A stretch of 64,000 nucleotides of DNA, taken from contig NC_068996.1 in the NCBI RefSeq assembly GCF_001194135.2, positions 16,467,554-16,531,553 on the forward strand, written 5' to 3'. Made by a program: the position numbers and the translations under genes. Source of the stretch: Octopus bimaculoides (lineage: Eukaryota). The notes beneath the pieces were generated by a model that saw only the letters and a list, made by a program, of their open reading frames with translations, made no database searches and was not told where the DNA came from. This document shows, piece after piece, positions 52,936-64,000 of this stretch; within the stretch, counting starts at the first letter, position 1; each line of letters starts with the position of its first letter.

Positions 52936-54233
52936 ATCTGTGACATGGAATTAAATTAGTCACCATCTTTATTCCAGCAATTTCGTAACCTTGTTATAAA
53001 CGGCAACCCACAGCCAGATAACGAGTGCACAAACAGCTTATATCACGCTCCACTGGTTTTTCGTATCTAACGAAATCACCTTATAATTCGTCGAGGCTAT
53101 TGTGCTGGTGACGAGGGAGGGAACACTACGTGTCCACTAGACTTGCTAGAAACGGCAGCTAGATCTCTCACCCACGCCTTTGTCTTTCTCTCCCACTCTC
53201 TCCCTTTCAGTCTCTCTCCCTTTCTGTCTCTCTCCCACTCTCTCCCTTTCTGTCTCTCCCTCACTCTCTTTTTCTCTCTCCCTCCCTCTCTCTTTCAAAT
53301 TGCATCTAACAGTTTTTAATGGAGAAAGGAAAAAGAAATATTTTGTATAATCTAATGATTATGGATACACACCGTCTAAAAACACCGAATAGTCATGAAA
53401 GGAACGCCTTTGCTCTTAGCTCCGTTTGGATCTCAACTGACTCGGGGCGAAACAACGAGAACAACTATAGCTGCGACTGTTCTTTACATTAGATAATCTT
53501 GTTTCAGATACACTATATCTGAAAGTCGCGATGGTTACCGATATGATTAACCATTAGTCTGCTGAATCAGGGATGAATTTTGACTAAACAACAGCAAAAA
53601 AAAAACAAAAAAAAAAACGTATTAGATAACTAACGAAATCCCACACACTCCGTCTGAATAAAAGACGCGATGGTCACAGATGGAGAACCACCAATCATAA
53701 ATCTGCTGCATCATGATTGATGTGGGAAGGATTAAACTGCAACATCAACGATGACAATAGATAATGTAAACCTAAATACATTATGCCTTAAAAAAAAGAC
53801 TGGATGGTCACGGCCGGAACTCTTTTGATCATTTCATATTTATACGTCTGTTTGATCAAGAGATAAGATCCGATCTACACACAAGCTCAAACCACTGCCG
53901 GATAATGACTGCACAAAACTGCTTATGTCATGCTCTACCGGTTTCCCTTCTCTAACGAAATAACCTTATAATTTGTTCGTTATTTTCTATGGTTGACTGA
54001 TTTCATCCACACTTAACTTTAATTATATACTCACTAACGTGGATCGGTTCCACCCTAGTCACCCTTGAGCACGTATCCAGCCATCTGGGAGAGAGATACA
54101 GTGTGCTGTAACAACGCTATTTTCCTCTCATGGGTGCTATAAACATTTCCCCTCGTTCTTTGTTCAAAAATACACACACACGTACGCGACACGCGCACAC
54201 GCATACACACACACACACACATTAACGCACACA

Positions 54234-54275
<42 letters not shown>

Positions 54276-54963
54276 NNNNNNNNNNNNNNNNNNNNNNNNN
54301 NNNNNNNNNNNNNNNNNNNNNNNNNNNNNNNNNNNNNNNNNNNNNNNNNNNNNNNNNNNNNNNNNNNNNNNNNNNNNNNNNNNNNNNNNNNNNNNNNNNN
54401 NNNNNNNNNNNNNNNNNNNNNNNNNNNNNNNNNNNNNNNNNNNNNNNNNNNNNNNNNNNNNNNNNNNNNNNNNNNNNNNNNNNNNNNNNNNNNNNNNNNN
54501 NNNNNNNNNNNNNNNNNNNNNNNNNNNNNNNNNNNNNNNNNNNNNNNNNNNNNNNNNNNNNNNNNNNNNNNNNNNNNNNNNNNNNNNNNNNNNNNNNNNN
54601 NNNNNNNNNNNNNNNNNNNNNNNNNNNNNNNNNNNNNNNNNNNNNNNNNNNNNNNNNNNNNNNNNNNNNNNNNNNNNNNNNNNNNNNNNNNNNNNNNNNN
54701 NNNNNNNNNNNNNNNNNNNNNNNNNNNNNNNNNNNNNNNNNNNNNNNNNNNNNNNNNNNNNNNNNNNNNNNNNNNNNNNNNNNNNNNNNNNNNNNNNNNN
54801 NNNNNNNNNNNNNNNNNNNNNNNNNNNNNNNNNNNNNNNNNNNNNNNNNNNNNNNNNNNNNNNNNNNNNNNNNNNNNNNNNNNNNNNNNNNNNNNNNNNN
54901 NNNNNNNNNNNNNNNNNNNNNNNNNNNNNNNNNNNNNNNNNNNNNNNNNNNNNNNNNNNNNNN

Positions 54964-54996
<33 letters not shown>

Positions 54997-55323
54997 CGCG
55001 CGCACACACAAACACACAAATCATTAATATATATATGTATGTGTGTGCAGGGAGAGGGGGGGGCAGAGACAAACAGAAATGTGTATGTGTGTGCAGATGC
55101 ATGTATATGTATGCGTGTGTCCATATATATATTTATGTATGCGTGTGTGCATGTATGTATGTATGTATGTATGTATGTATGTACGTATGTACGTATGTAT
55201 GTATGTATGTATGTATGTATGTGCGTATAGATACACACAATTAGGCATACATAGGCGTCTGTCTATCTATCTGCCTGCCTGCCTGTGTATAACAGATAGA
55301 TGGAGAGAGAGAGAAAGAGAGAG

Positions 55324-55354
<31 letters not shown>

Positions 55355-55448
55355 GAGAGAAAGAGAAAGAGAGAAAGAGAGAGAGAGAGAGAGAAAGAGA
55401 GAGTGAGAGAAAGAGAGAGAGAGAGAAAGAGAGAGAGANNNNNNNNNN

Positions 55449-55511
<63 letters not shown>

Positions 55512-55933
55512 AAGAGAGAGAGAGGGGGGAGAGAGTAGGAAATACAATAATCTACTTGAACTCTGACCCCGCTGACACAGGCCGGTCAATCTCAGAATGA
55601 GTGACAAAATATGTTTTTATAGATTTGCAAGGCAAAAGTCAAACCTATTGACACCCTGGACTTCCAGGACTCTTAATATACGGGGAACCTATTATATTTG
55701 ACTAAAACTGCATTTTGCTATTAATATATAATGTTCGCCTATTATTTTAAATATCTCATAGTTGCAGTTAAAAGCCGAGCTGAATTCACATGATTCCTAG
55801 TTCCGTCCCAACACGCAGCCAATGGTTCAAATATCTTGAGGCATAAAATCTGTCTCGTCAAAAGATATGTAAATGATAGCAACTAGACGTGCAGTTGACC
55901 TTTATACTTGTGCGTGTGTGTGTATGTGTATGT

Positions 55934-55989
<56 letters not shown>

Positions 55990-55994
<5 letters not shown>

Positions 55995-56440
55995 AGAACG
56001 TTGTTTGCGTTTGTCCCACCACGATCACCGCTTGACTACCGGTGTTGGTAAGTTTGCGTTCTGTAACCTAGCGGTTCGGCAAAAGAAACCAATAGAATAA
56101 GTATCAGGCTTAAAAAAAAAGTACTGGTGTCGATCATTCGACTAAAATTCCTCATGAATGTTGCCCCAGCATGGTCACATCTAAATGACTGTGACACAAG
56201 TAAAAGATAAAAAAATAATAATAAAGTAATTAAATTACATAATTTGTGACTTTTCTATAAATAATACATAAAAAAGGCGCAGGAGTGGCTGTGTGGTAAG
56301 AAGCTTGCCTCCCAACCCCACATGATTTCTGGTTCATTCCCATTGCTCAGCACCTTAGGCTAGTGTCTTTTATTATTGCCTCGGGCCAATCAAAGCCCTG
56401 TGAGTACATTTGGTTGACAGAAACTGAAAGAAGCCCATCG
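55990..56440 (+). mobile_element. SINE-A 3' half (55990-56210) followed by a separate SINE-A 5' half (56276-56440)
   Basis: Homology to 2394-2845. Confidence 0.8.
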
Positions 56441-56774
56441 CATTTCGTTTGTTTCAATGGTGTTAGACCACTCAAACGAATTTACAGACATTGTAAAAGC
56501 AAATTGTAATAGTCATCACTGGCAGATTTTACCGAGGAGAATCAAGCAGCTTTGGCGCTAAATTCGAACTCATGATAACAAATTAATCAGCTTTCCTCTT
56601 ATATTCATGGCCGAGGTAGGACACTATTCTTGTTCACTAAAATTCTTTCCTATCATGCCTGTATTAATTTAGTGATTCTTCTGTGGTTTTGAAGTATTTT
56701 GACTTCTATTTTTTAGCGAAACAGGTGCTTATGTAGTACCCTGGTATATATATATATATATATATATATAGCTT

Positions 56775-58995
56775 TATATTTTTTATTAATTTGCCTGTAC
56801 GGNNNNNNNNNNNNNNNNNNNNNNNNNNNNNNNNNNNNNNNNNNNNNNNNNNNNNNNNNNNNNNNNNNNNNNNNNNNNNNNNNNNNNNNNNNNNNNNNNN
56901 NNNNNNNNNNNNNNNNNNNNNNNNNNNNNNNNNNNNNNNNNNNNNNNNNNNNNNNNNNNNNNNNNNNNNNNNNNNNNNNNNNNNNNNNNNNNNNNNNNNN
57001 NNNNNNNNNNNNNNNNNNNNNNNNNNNNNNNNNNNNNNNNNNNNNNNNNNNNNNNNNNNNNNNNNNNNNNNNNNNNNNNNNNNNNNNNNNNNNNNNNNNN
57101 NNNNNNNNNNNNNNNNNNNNNNNNNNNNNNNNNNNNNNNNNNNNNNNNNNNNNNNNNNNNNNNNNNNNNNNNNNNNNNNNNNNNNNNNNNNNNNNNNNNN
57201 NNNNNNNNNNNNNNNNNNNNNNNNNNNNNNNNNNNNNNNNNNNNNNNNNNNNNNNNNNNNNNNNNNNNNNNNNNNNNNNNNNNNNNNNNNNNNNNNNNNN
57301 NNNNNNNNNNNNNNNNNNNNNNNNNNNNNNNNNNNNNNNNNNNNNNNNNNNNNNNNNNNNNNNNNNNNNNNNNNNNNNNNNNNNNNNNNNNNNNNNNNNN
57401 NACAAAAACTATAAAATGAATGAAAATGAGATGTTATATAAAAATGGAAAATTGAATGGCTATTTACAATCGTTCTATTATCTTTTTGTTTTTCCTTAAT
57501 CTCGTTTTTTCCTCTTTTTTGAAAATGAAACAATTTTACTTTTTCCTTCTTTCTTCAATAAAACAATTTTACTTACTTTTTTCCTTTTTAATATCTCATG
57601 AAAGGTTCTAAATATTTTAGCTCCACTACTGGTGGCAATTCATCGAACTCCACCATCACTCCTGGCGGGTCAATCCCTTCTCCACACATGTCTTTTAGTC
57701 TGTTGTAGGTGTCCTTGTCAACCCCGATGGCCTTCACATTCTCGGAATACACATCCGTGGACAACTTTAATCTTATAATATGTTTAAACTTTAATACTTT
57801 CTTTTCAGTTTCTTTGCTTTTTGCGTATGTCACAAAATTCCATCGAAATTTTCCTTTTCTTATTTGTTTTCTCTTTTCCTGATCCGCTCCTGGTGCCTTC
57901 ATCTTTTCTAACCCTACTTTGAACAGTCTCTCCAGTTGCTTTTCTAAATTTTCTTCCTCCACTGGAACAACCGGTGTCTTCACCAATGTCTCTTCCTCAT
58001 ACAACTCCTCCTTGAACACTTCTTCAAGTTCCTTTTCGCTTACTTTATCCAGCACCATTTTGTCTTCCTTCCTTCTGGTCTCCTCCTTTTTCATCTCTTC
58101 TTTCTTCCTTTTCTGCTGCTCTGGCGGAGAGCTCACTCTCCCACTTCACTTTCTTTTTTTAAAAACACCGTGAACCCCTCCTTCGTTGCTTTCTCCTTTA
58201 TCTCGACCTGTACAACCTGGTCCGTGCTCTCCTGCCTCTCCGTCTACTCTATCTGTTGGTCCCTCTGGGGGCAAGTCGCCTTCGTGTGGCCCTTTTCCCC
58301 ACATGTATAACAATCTTACGTCATCGGGCAGCACTATCTCTTCGACAATTCTGCTTAGGTCTTCCACTGTTGCTTGAACGGTTAACTCTATTCCATATTC
58401 CCAGTAGTTAACTCTTCGGGTTCTTGTGGCCTTCAGTATCTTGGTCTTCTCATTCATGTCATATATTAAGGCTGTCATCAGCTATGTTTCTTTCAGCTCT
58501 GGGGTCACTTTTCCAACTCGCACCCTGGTCACACGTTTGCCACAGTACGATGGCAAAAGTACCCTTTCTTCTGATCTTATTGCATCCGCGGAGTGCTCAA
58601 TTGCTTCCTCTTCTGATGCAAAACGCTCCTCCACATTAGCGTACTTTTTCCCTCTTGTTATAAATGTGGTTAGTCTTTTTATATTCTTCAGACATTCTTC
58701 AATAGCCTCTATTGTCACTATTTCTATTTTTCTTGTTGCTATCTTCATTGTCTTATATATCACCGTTCTTTTCATTACATTGGTTGTTAGTTCCACAGGC
58801 GGCGTTAATTTCAGTGTATTTCCGTCTTTTTCCAGCAACTTCTCACATTTCTTTATTTTTCGGGGTTCAATCTTTATTTCTCGTACCTCCAGCGTTTTCA
58901 GTAATAATAACAGTGCCGAGGTAGTGCTGAATATTGGCGGTTTTCGAATGCAAGTGAGACATGGCGTAATCAGTGAATATAAACATGACTGCTGA
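56775..58995 (-). mobile_element. L1/Tx1-like retroelement carrying a decayed ORF1 (57588 to ~58870) with CCHC zinc knuckle; no ORF2 visible
   Basis: Minus ORFs 58482-58838, 58146-58478 and 57588-58136 form one lesioned ORF (in-frame TAG, frameshifts); DCYTCGEKGHTKATCPQ at 58271-58312; E/K-rich C-terminal region; A-rich putative 3' end near 56775. Confidence 0.75.
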
Positions 58996-59984
58996 TATGC
59001 CGAGGGTCAAAATAATTTCATTATATGTTATCGTCTTCTTTAATAAAAATCCAAAAAGTAGAATTTAAAATAGAGGTCAATAATAGTCAGGTTATTCTCA
59101 AACTGCCAAGTACTGGCACCCGCCTGACCTGAGAGAAGGACTTCTGATCATAGATTTACTATTTCACTGGCTTCTCGAAGCCCATTGCTTAAACACGATT
59201 AATGTTCCTCTCGTATAGTTGTTAGTCTACGACTGGCGACTGCAAGTAAAATAAAGGCATGGAATGAAGAAAGGAACGACTGGATGTAGTAGCTAAGATA
59301 CGACAAGGTATGATATTCAGAATATGAGTGACGAGATGAGGAGAGAGGAGTAAGTTGAGTGGGCTTGAGCAAAGTGAAGATATAGACAGCATGTTTGTCC
59401 TTATAGAAATAGTTGTGCTTCACACTAGTTGTGGTTGTGTTATTTACAAATAGATTATGTAACATCTTCAACTTTTGGCAGACGGCCAGCAATTTTAAGA
59501 AACGGATAAGTCGATTACATCGACCACAATGTTAATCTGGTTCTTATTTTATCGACCCCGAAAGGATAAAAGGCAAAGTCAACCTGGAATTTGATTTCAG
59601 AGAATAATGAGTCAGAAGAAATGCTGTTAAGTATTTGGTCCGACGCGTCAATGATACTTCCAGCTCGCCGCCTTGGAATGATAAATATTATATTTTATCT
59701 TTGTAGCTCCTGTACAACATTATAGTAATTTGGTAATGTTACTTGACTAATAAGTTCCCATAATCCTTTAAATATCCTTTAAAACTGATGGGAAAAACGA
59801 GCAGAAATATTCTCAAATCAAAGAGTTGGTGGAATGCTTGCAACAAAGTAGACAACTTCGAATGAATCCAAGTTACCAGGTTGGGTTGGCATAAAATCGA
59901 GTGATAGATTAAGTCTACACACTCCTGTGTAGACGAAAACATGAATTTGATTACAGAAAGCAAAGAGCCGAGACAAATACCGCA

Positions 59985-60189
59985 AAGAATGCCCTCTATC
60001 CAAATTTTGGGGGAGGGGACCAGTCGATTAGATCGACCCTAGTGCGCAACTGGTACTTAATTTATCAACCCCGAAAGGATGAAAGGCAAAGTCGACCTCG
60101 GCGGAATTTGAACTCAGAACGTAAAGGCAGACGAAATACCGCTGAGCATTTCACACGGCGTACTAACGTTTCTGCCGTCTCGCCGCCTT
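59985..60189 (-). mobile_element. Young SINE-B copy
   Basis: Minus strand aaggcggcgagacggcagaaacgttag...gagttcaaattccgccgaggtcgactttgcctttcatcctttcggggttgataaattaagtaccag. The central domain resembles MetaSINE as I recall it (unverified). Confidence 0.9.
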
Positions 60190-60555
60190 TCATGTAAATA
60201 GTTTCATTCCGTACAAATGAAGGTGTTTAAGACTTTCCTTGAAAGGAGGGGCAGTTAGATTTGGAAGGCGTATGACTTGGGGATTAGGGTATTGTACTCA
60301 CGAGTACATGATCCTGGTTTCGATTTCTGGAAACGCATTGTGTTTTTGAGTAAAACATTTCATTTTATGTTGTTCCTGTCTACTCAGCTGTAAAACGAGT
60401 TACCGCCCCATTTGGGAGAAGTGTTATGATCGCCATGGAAACAAGATAACTGGTCATATGACTCGTGATAATAATGTCCAAAGATTGTTGATAATGATGT
60501 TGGTGAGGATGGTTTGATTTGAAGGAATTTCGATTTCAAGTTTAAACCGTGCTCT

Positions 60556-60586
<31 letters not shown>

Positions 60587-61342
60587 TGTGTGTGTGTGTC
60601 GCTGCCGCTTCACAACCTGTGCTAATGTGTTTACGTCCCCGTAATTAAACGGTACAGCAAAACAGTTCGATAGAATAAGTACTAAGCTTCAAAGAAAAAA
60701 ATAGTACTGTCACCGATTCATTTGACTAAATTTTCTTCGAGACGCAGTTCCAGCAATTTCTAGTGGAATTGGTTTGTTCTTTTTTCACTAAATTGTTAAA
60801 AAAAATCTGACAAAATGTTCGAAGTTCAAATATCTGCAAGGTCGACTTCGATTTTATCTTTGCCGTGTCAATACCAGAGAGTACTAGTCATGCACTGGAA
60901 TCGATTTAAACTATTTATCAATCTCTTCACAATATTTACGGCCTTGTATCTATGTAAATGATTATTATTCGCGTGTATTGTTATTGTTGCTGTTGTTCGC
61001 AGGTTTATGATCAACAATATCGCAGTTATGAAAACCTCGTCTTTTATTCAGACTTCGTTATCTCATGGCATAATACAGCAGCTTGTGTTTAATAGCCATA
61101 GCTGTTGTTATTGTTCTTGTTGCTGCTGTTGTTGTCGTGGTTGTTTTTCTATTTAGCTCCAAATCAGTACTCATCTAGCAGATCTATGATCAGAGATGAT
61201 CCAACCGTGTCCACTCTCACCTTTTATTCAGGTATAATTCAGGTATAATATTATTTAATATATAGTAGTTATTACTCCTAAAGCAATTTTCAGGTATAAT
61301 TCAGGTATATTATTTAATATATAGTAGTTATTACTCCTAAAG

Positions 61343-61862
61343 CAGGGATGGGGTAATCCCCGCCCGCGGGTGAAATTTTGCTCGCGAGCCCATTTTATTG
61401 CGTCCGCAAGCTGGTATACTCGTATGTACAAAATATAGTAAATTTTCAATTATAAAATTTATACAATATTCGTAGACCTATTTGCGACATTGGTCCACTA
61501 CGACTTAAAACGGTTCGACTCGAACTGAAAATCGTCCGGTAATTGCCATTTGAATGGAAATTTTATTATCACTATAAAACACATACTGCTAGGTTTGTAC
61601 CACCCCCTTGAGACCCAACTACATTCTAGCTGAAAAATACAGAATACCTCATAAGTAATATAAACGTCTTAAATTCAGTGGCGGCGTTAATGAAAATGGT
61701 ACGCGTTAATTCAATGTCTTAAACTTATCTTTATTAATGTATATCGAATTATACATAGATATATACAAGATTTACAAAGATATGAGTTAGACCTTGTGAT
61801 CCGCCCGCGGACCTTTCTTTGGAAATTTTTGTCCGCTGCACTAAAAAGTTTCCCTATCCTTG
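61343..61862. mobile_element. 520-bp hAT (Charlie-like) MITE with 8-bp TSD TCCTAAAG
   Basis: CAGGGATGGGGTAAT / AGTTTCCCTATCCTTG TIRs; TSD at 61335-61342 and 61863-61870. Confidence 0.9.
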
Positions 61863-62681
61863 TCCTAAAGCATTGCTGGTCCATTAGACCTACGACTGAA
61901 AGTGTCTCAGCTGTGACCACCTCATATTTTATTCAGATCTAAAGAGTGTATCTAGGACTACATCATTCAACGTGCCTTCTCCTTAGACGATACAATTTGA
62001 TTTTCAGCAAGATTCACTTATATTTCTTTAACCGACAACAGGGAGCCTTTTTTGTTACTGTTGTTTCTGTTGCTGTTATCGCGGTGGTTGTTGTTGCTGT
62101 AGTTGCTGTCTCTGTGGTTGTTATCGTTCTTGCTAATATTGTTACTGCTTTCGTTGTCATAGTTATTGTTGCTGCTTCTGTTCTTATTGTCACATTACTG
62201 TTGTAGCTGTTATAATTATTTCATTTCTTTCCTGTGACAAAATAACGTTTATAAACTGTGTAAAGTGCGTGGCGGTCAGTGTCGAGGGAGGTGGTATTCC
62301 AAACCTATAAACACCAGTGCATGACATTTCATTCTCCTAAATAAATTGTATATGTGCGGTTAAAATTTAGAGTCGAAATCCCAACGTTTCAGGATTATTC
62401 GAGCGCTCTGCGTGACAAGTTGTATGTTCTACGAGAAGAGATGTGATGACGAAAGCCGAATAAGCGAAATAGGTAGTAGCGTAGTATGTGGAAGTTTGTC
62501 GGATATGTATGTGTAGCACGGTGAAAACCGGAATCCCAGGAAACTGATTGTGGTCAGGAAACTGTTTGTCACAATTAATCAATGGTAGAATTTACAGAAG
62601 GGTCCAGTAAATTGGTTTGACTCAGGGAGTAAAATTAATCTAACGTTTCGTACAACGTACATTTCTTCAGAGGTATTAGAT

Positions 62682-62770
62682 CAATGGTTCCCTAAGTAAG
62701 CGATACTTGCCCCTTGAGTGCGGTGGAAAGATCCAGGGGTCGTTGAAGGAAAGTGGAGCGATAATAGGGT
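62682..62770 (+). mobile_element. Decayed hAT-type MITE 5' end
   Basis: caatggttccctaagt...gcccc..gcggtggaaagatccagggg resembles CAGTGGTTCCCAAAGT hAT ends. Confidence 0.45.
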
Positions 62771-62857
62771 GACCAAAAGGAGACGATGTGTGAAAAAAAT
62801 AATAATAGGTTAATTAGGTTAGGTTTTATTTGTGAAATACAGTTGTTTTGAATTTGC

Positions 62858-63280
62858 GGCGATCTTTCGGTACGAGTTCCTAATTATCGGCCTTTTCCGT
62901 AAAAAGTGTCTTCGACGATCTTTACCAAAGATCGGCCTTTTCCGTAAAAAGTGTTGGAGAGAAACAGGGAAACAACGTCATAACAGCGAAAGACATACAG
63001 AGAGCGCGATTTATTTTGAAGGGTTTAGAGTTCGGGTTAGGGTTTAGGTTTACGGTTAGGGTTTGGGTTTTAGGGTTTGCGTTAGGGAATTCCTTCCCTA
63101 ACCGTAACCCTATACCCTAACCCTAAACATTAACCCTAACCCTGACACTAAAACCCTAACCCTAACACTGTAGTGAAGATCGTGCGGGTGTTAGGGAAAA
63201 GGCCGATCTTTGGTAAAGATCGCCGAAGACACTTTTTACGGAAAAGGCCGATAATTAGGAACTCGTACCGAAAGATCGCC
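62858..63280. mobile_element. 423-bp MITE with GG termini, 86-bp TIRs, 8-bp TSD GAATTTGC and head-to-head TTAGGG/CCCTAA core (Merlin-like)
   Basis: TIRs 62858-62943 and 63195-63280 differ by one base; TSD at 62850-62857 and 63281-63288; telomere-like arrays at ~63020-63170 centred on gggaattcc. Confidence 0.93.
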
Positions 63281-63681
63281 GAATTTGCTGCCGAAAGTGG
63301 TCTGTATTTGTGGTCGGGAGGGGAGACGCTAGGAATGTTATTTGGGTGCCAAGGGGGCAACAGCCTGAAAAAAAAAGTTTGGAACCTCTTTGTTAGATTG
63401 TATGGCGTAGGTGTCACTGTGTTCGCAAAATTGTAAATGAAGAATACCGTAAGGAAGTAGAGGAAGCGGTGACGCGGAAAAGAAGAGAAAGCGGAGGAAA
63501 GTTACTAAAAAGTAATGAGAGTTGTGAGAGAGTGAACGACGAGGGAAGAAATAAAGGATAAGAGACGAATGAGAAGAGTGTAATGATGCGTGTAATGAAA
63601 ACGAGCGAAACTGAGAAGTGATGATGGTGATGAGCAGGTCGAATGGACATAGAACAGAGCAGAGCAATAGATTGGTATGTA

Positions 63682-63746
<65 letters not shown>

Positions 63747-63748
<2 letters not shown>

Positions 63749-64000
63749 CGATCTTACGGTACGAGTCCTAAATATCGGCCTTTTCCGTAACACCTGCACG
63801 ATCTTCACTACGGTGTTAGGGTTAGGGTTTTAGTGTCAGGGTTAGGGTTTTAGGGTTAGGGTTAGTGTTTAGGGTTATGGTTAAGGTTACGGTTAGGGAC
63901 GGAATTCCCTAACCCAAACCCTAAAACCCAAACCCTAACCCTAACCCTAACCCTAAACCCTTGAAAGTAAATCGCGCTCTCTGAATGTCTTTCGCTTTTA
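63747..64000. mobile_element. Second, diverged, oppositely oriented copy of the 62858-63280 family (runs off the window)
   Basis: GGCGATCTTACGGTACGAGTCCTAAATATCGGCCTTTTCC, then TTAGGG array, ggaattcc, CCCTAA array and aaatcgcgctctctg. Confidence 0.9.

Noticed and set aside
58426-58995. 189-aa plus-strand ORF
   Set aside because: Antisense shadow of the retroelement ORF1.
59203-59464. Possible solo LTR (TGTT...AACA)
   Set aside because: No TSD, PBS, PPT or second copy in the window.
59790-59885. Open frame GKNEQKYSQIKELVECLQQ ending CAG|GTTGGG as an exon
   Set aside because: No credible acceptor or polypyrimidine tract and no recognisable homology.
63020-64000. True telomere or chromosome fusion site
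   Set aside because: The arrays are short, degenerate and enclosed by TIRs and a TSD, so they are transposon-internal.

Overview
AT-rich, gap-ridden eukaryotic draft scaffold (many N runs) made almost entirely of microsatellites and decayed transposable elements. The SINE families and repeat load look like an octopod cephalopod genome, but that is recall-based inference. I found no intact host gene; the only candidate is a weak first coding exon at 42805. Recognisable elements: three Helitron remnants, Tc1/mariner fragments and MITEs, a Chapaev3-like (CMC) transposase fragment, 5'-truncated R4/Dong and CR1 LINEs, Penelope-like remnants, an 8-bp-TSD hAT MITE and at least three tRNA-derived SINE families. 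The most interesting signals are: (1) a structurally intact minimal hammerhead ribozyme in a Penelope-like tail (7788-7836), with a dead one at about 20490-20535; (2) two unrelated GG-terminal, 8-bp-TSD (Merlin-like) MITE families that each carry inverted TTAGGG/CCCTAA arrays (51570-52144; 62858-63280 and 63747 onward); (3) an apparently ORF1-only L1/Tx1-like retroelement with a CCHC knuckle (about 56775-58995); (4) a roughly 0.7 kb near-identical inverted duplication with SINE-associated breakpoints. Several short duplications across gaps are probably assembly artefacts. All family names come from motif recognition, not database searches.
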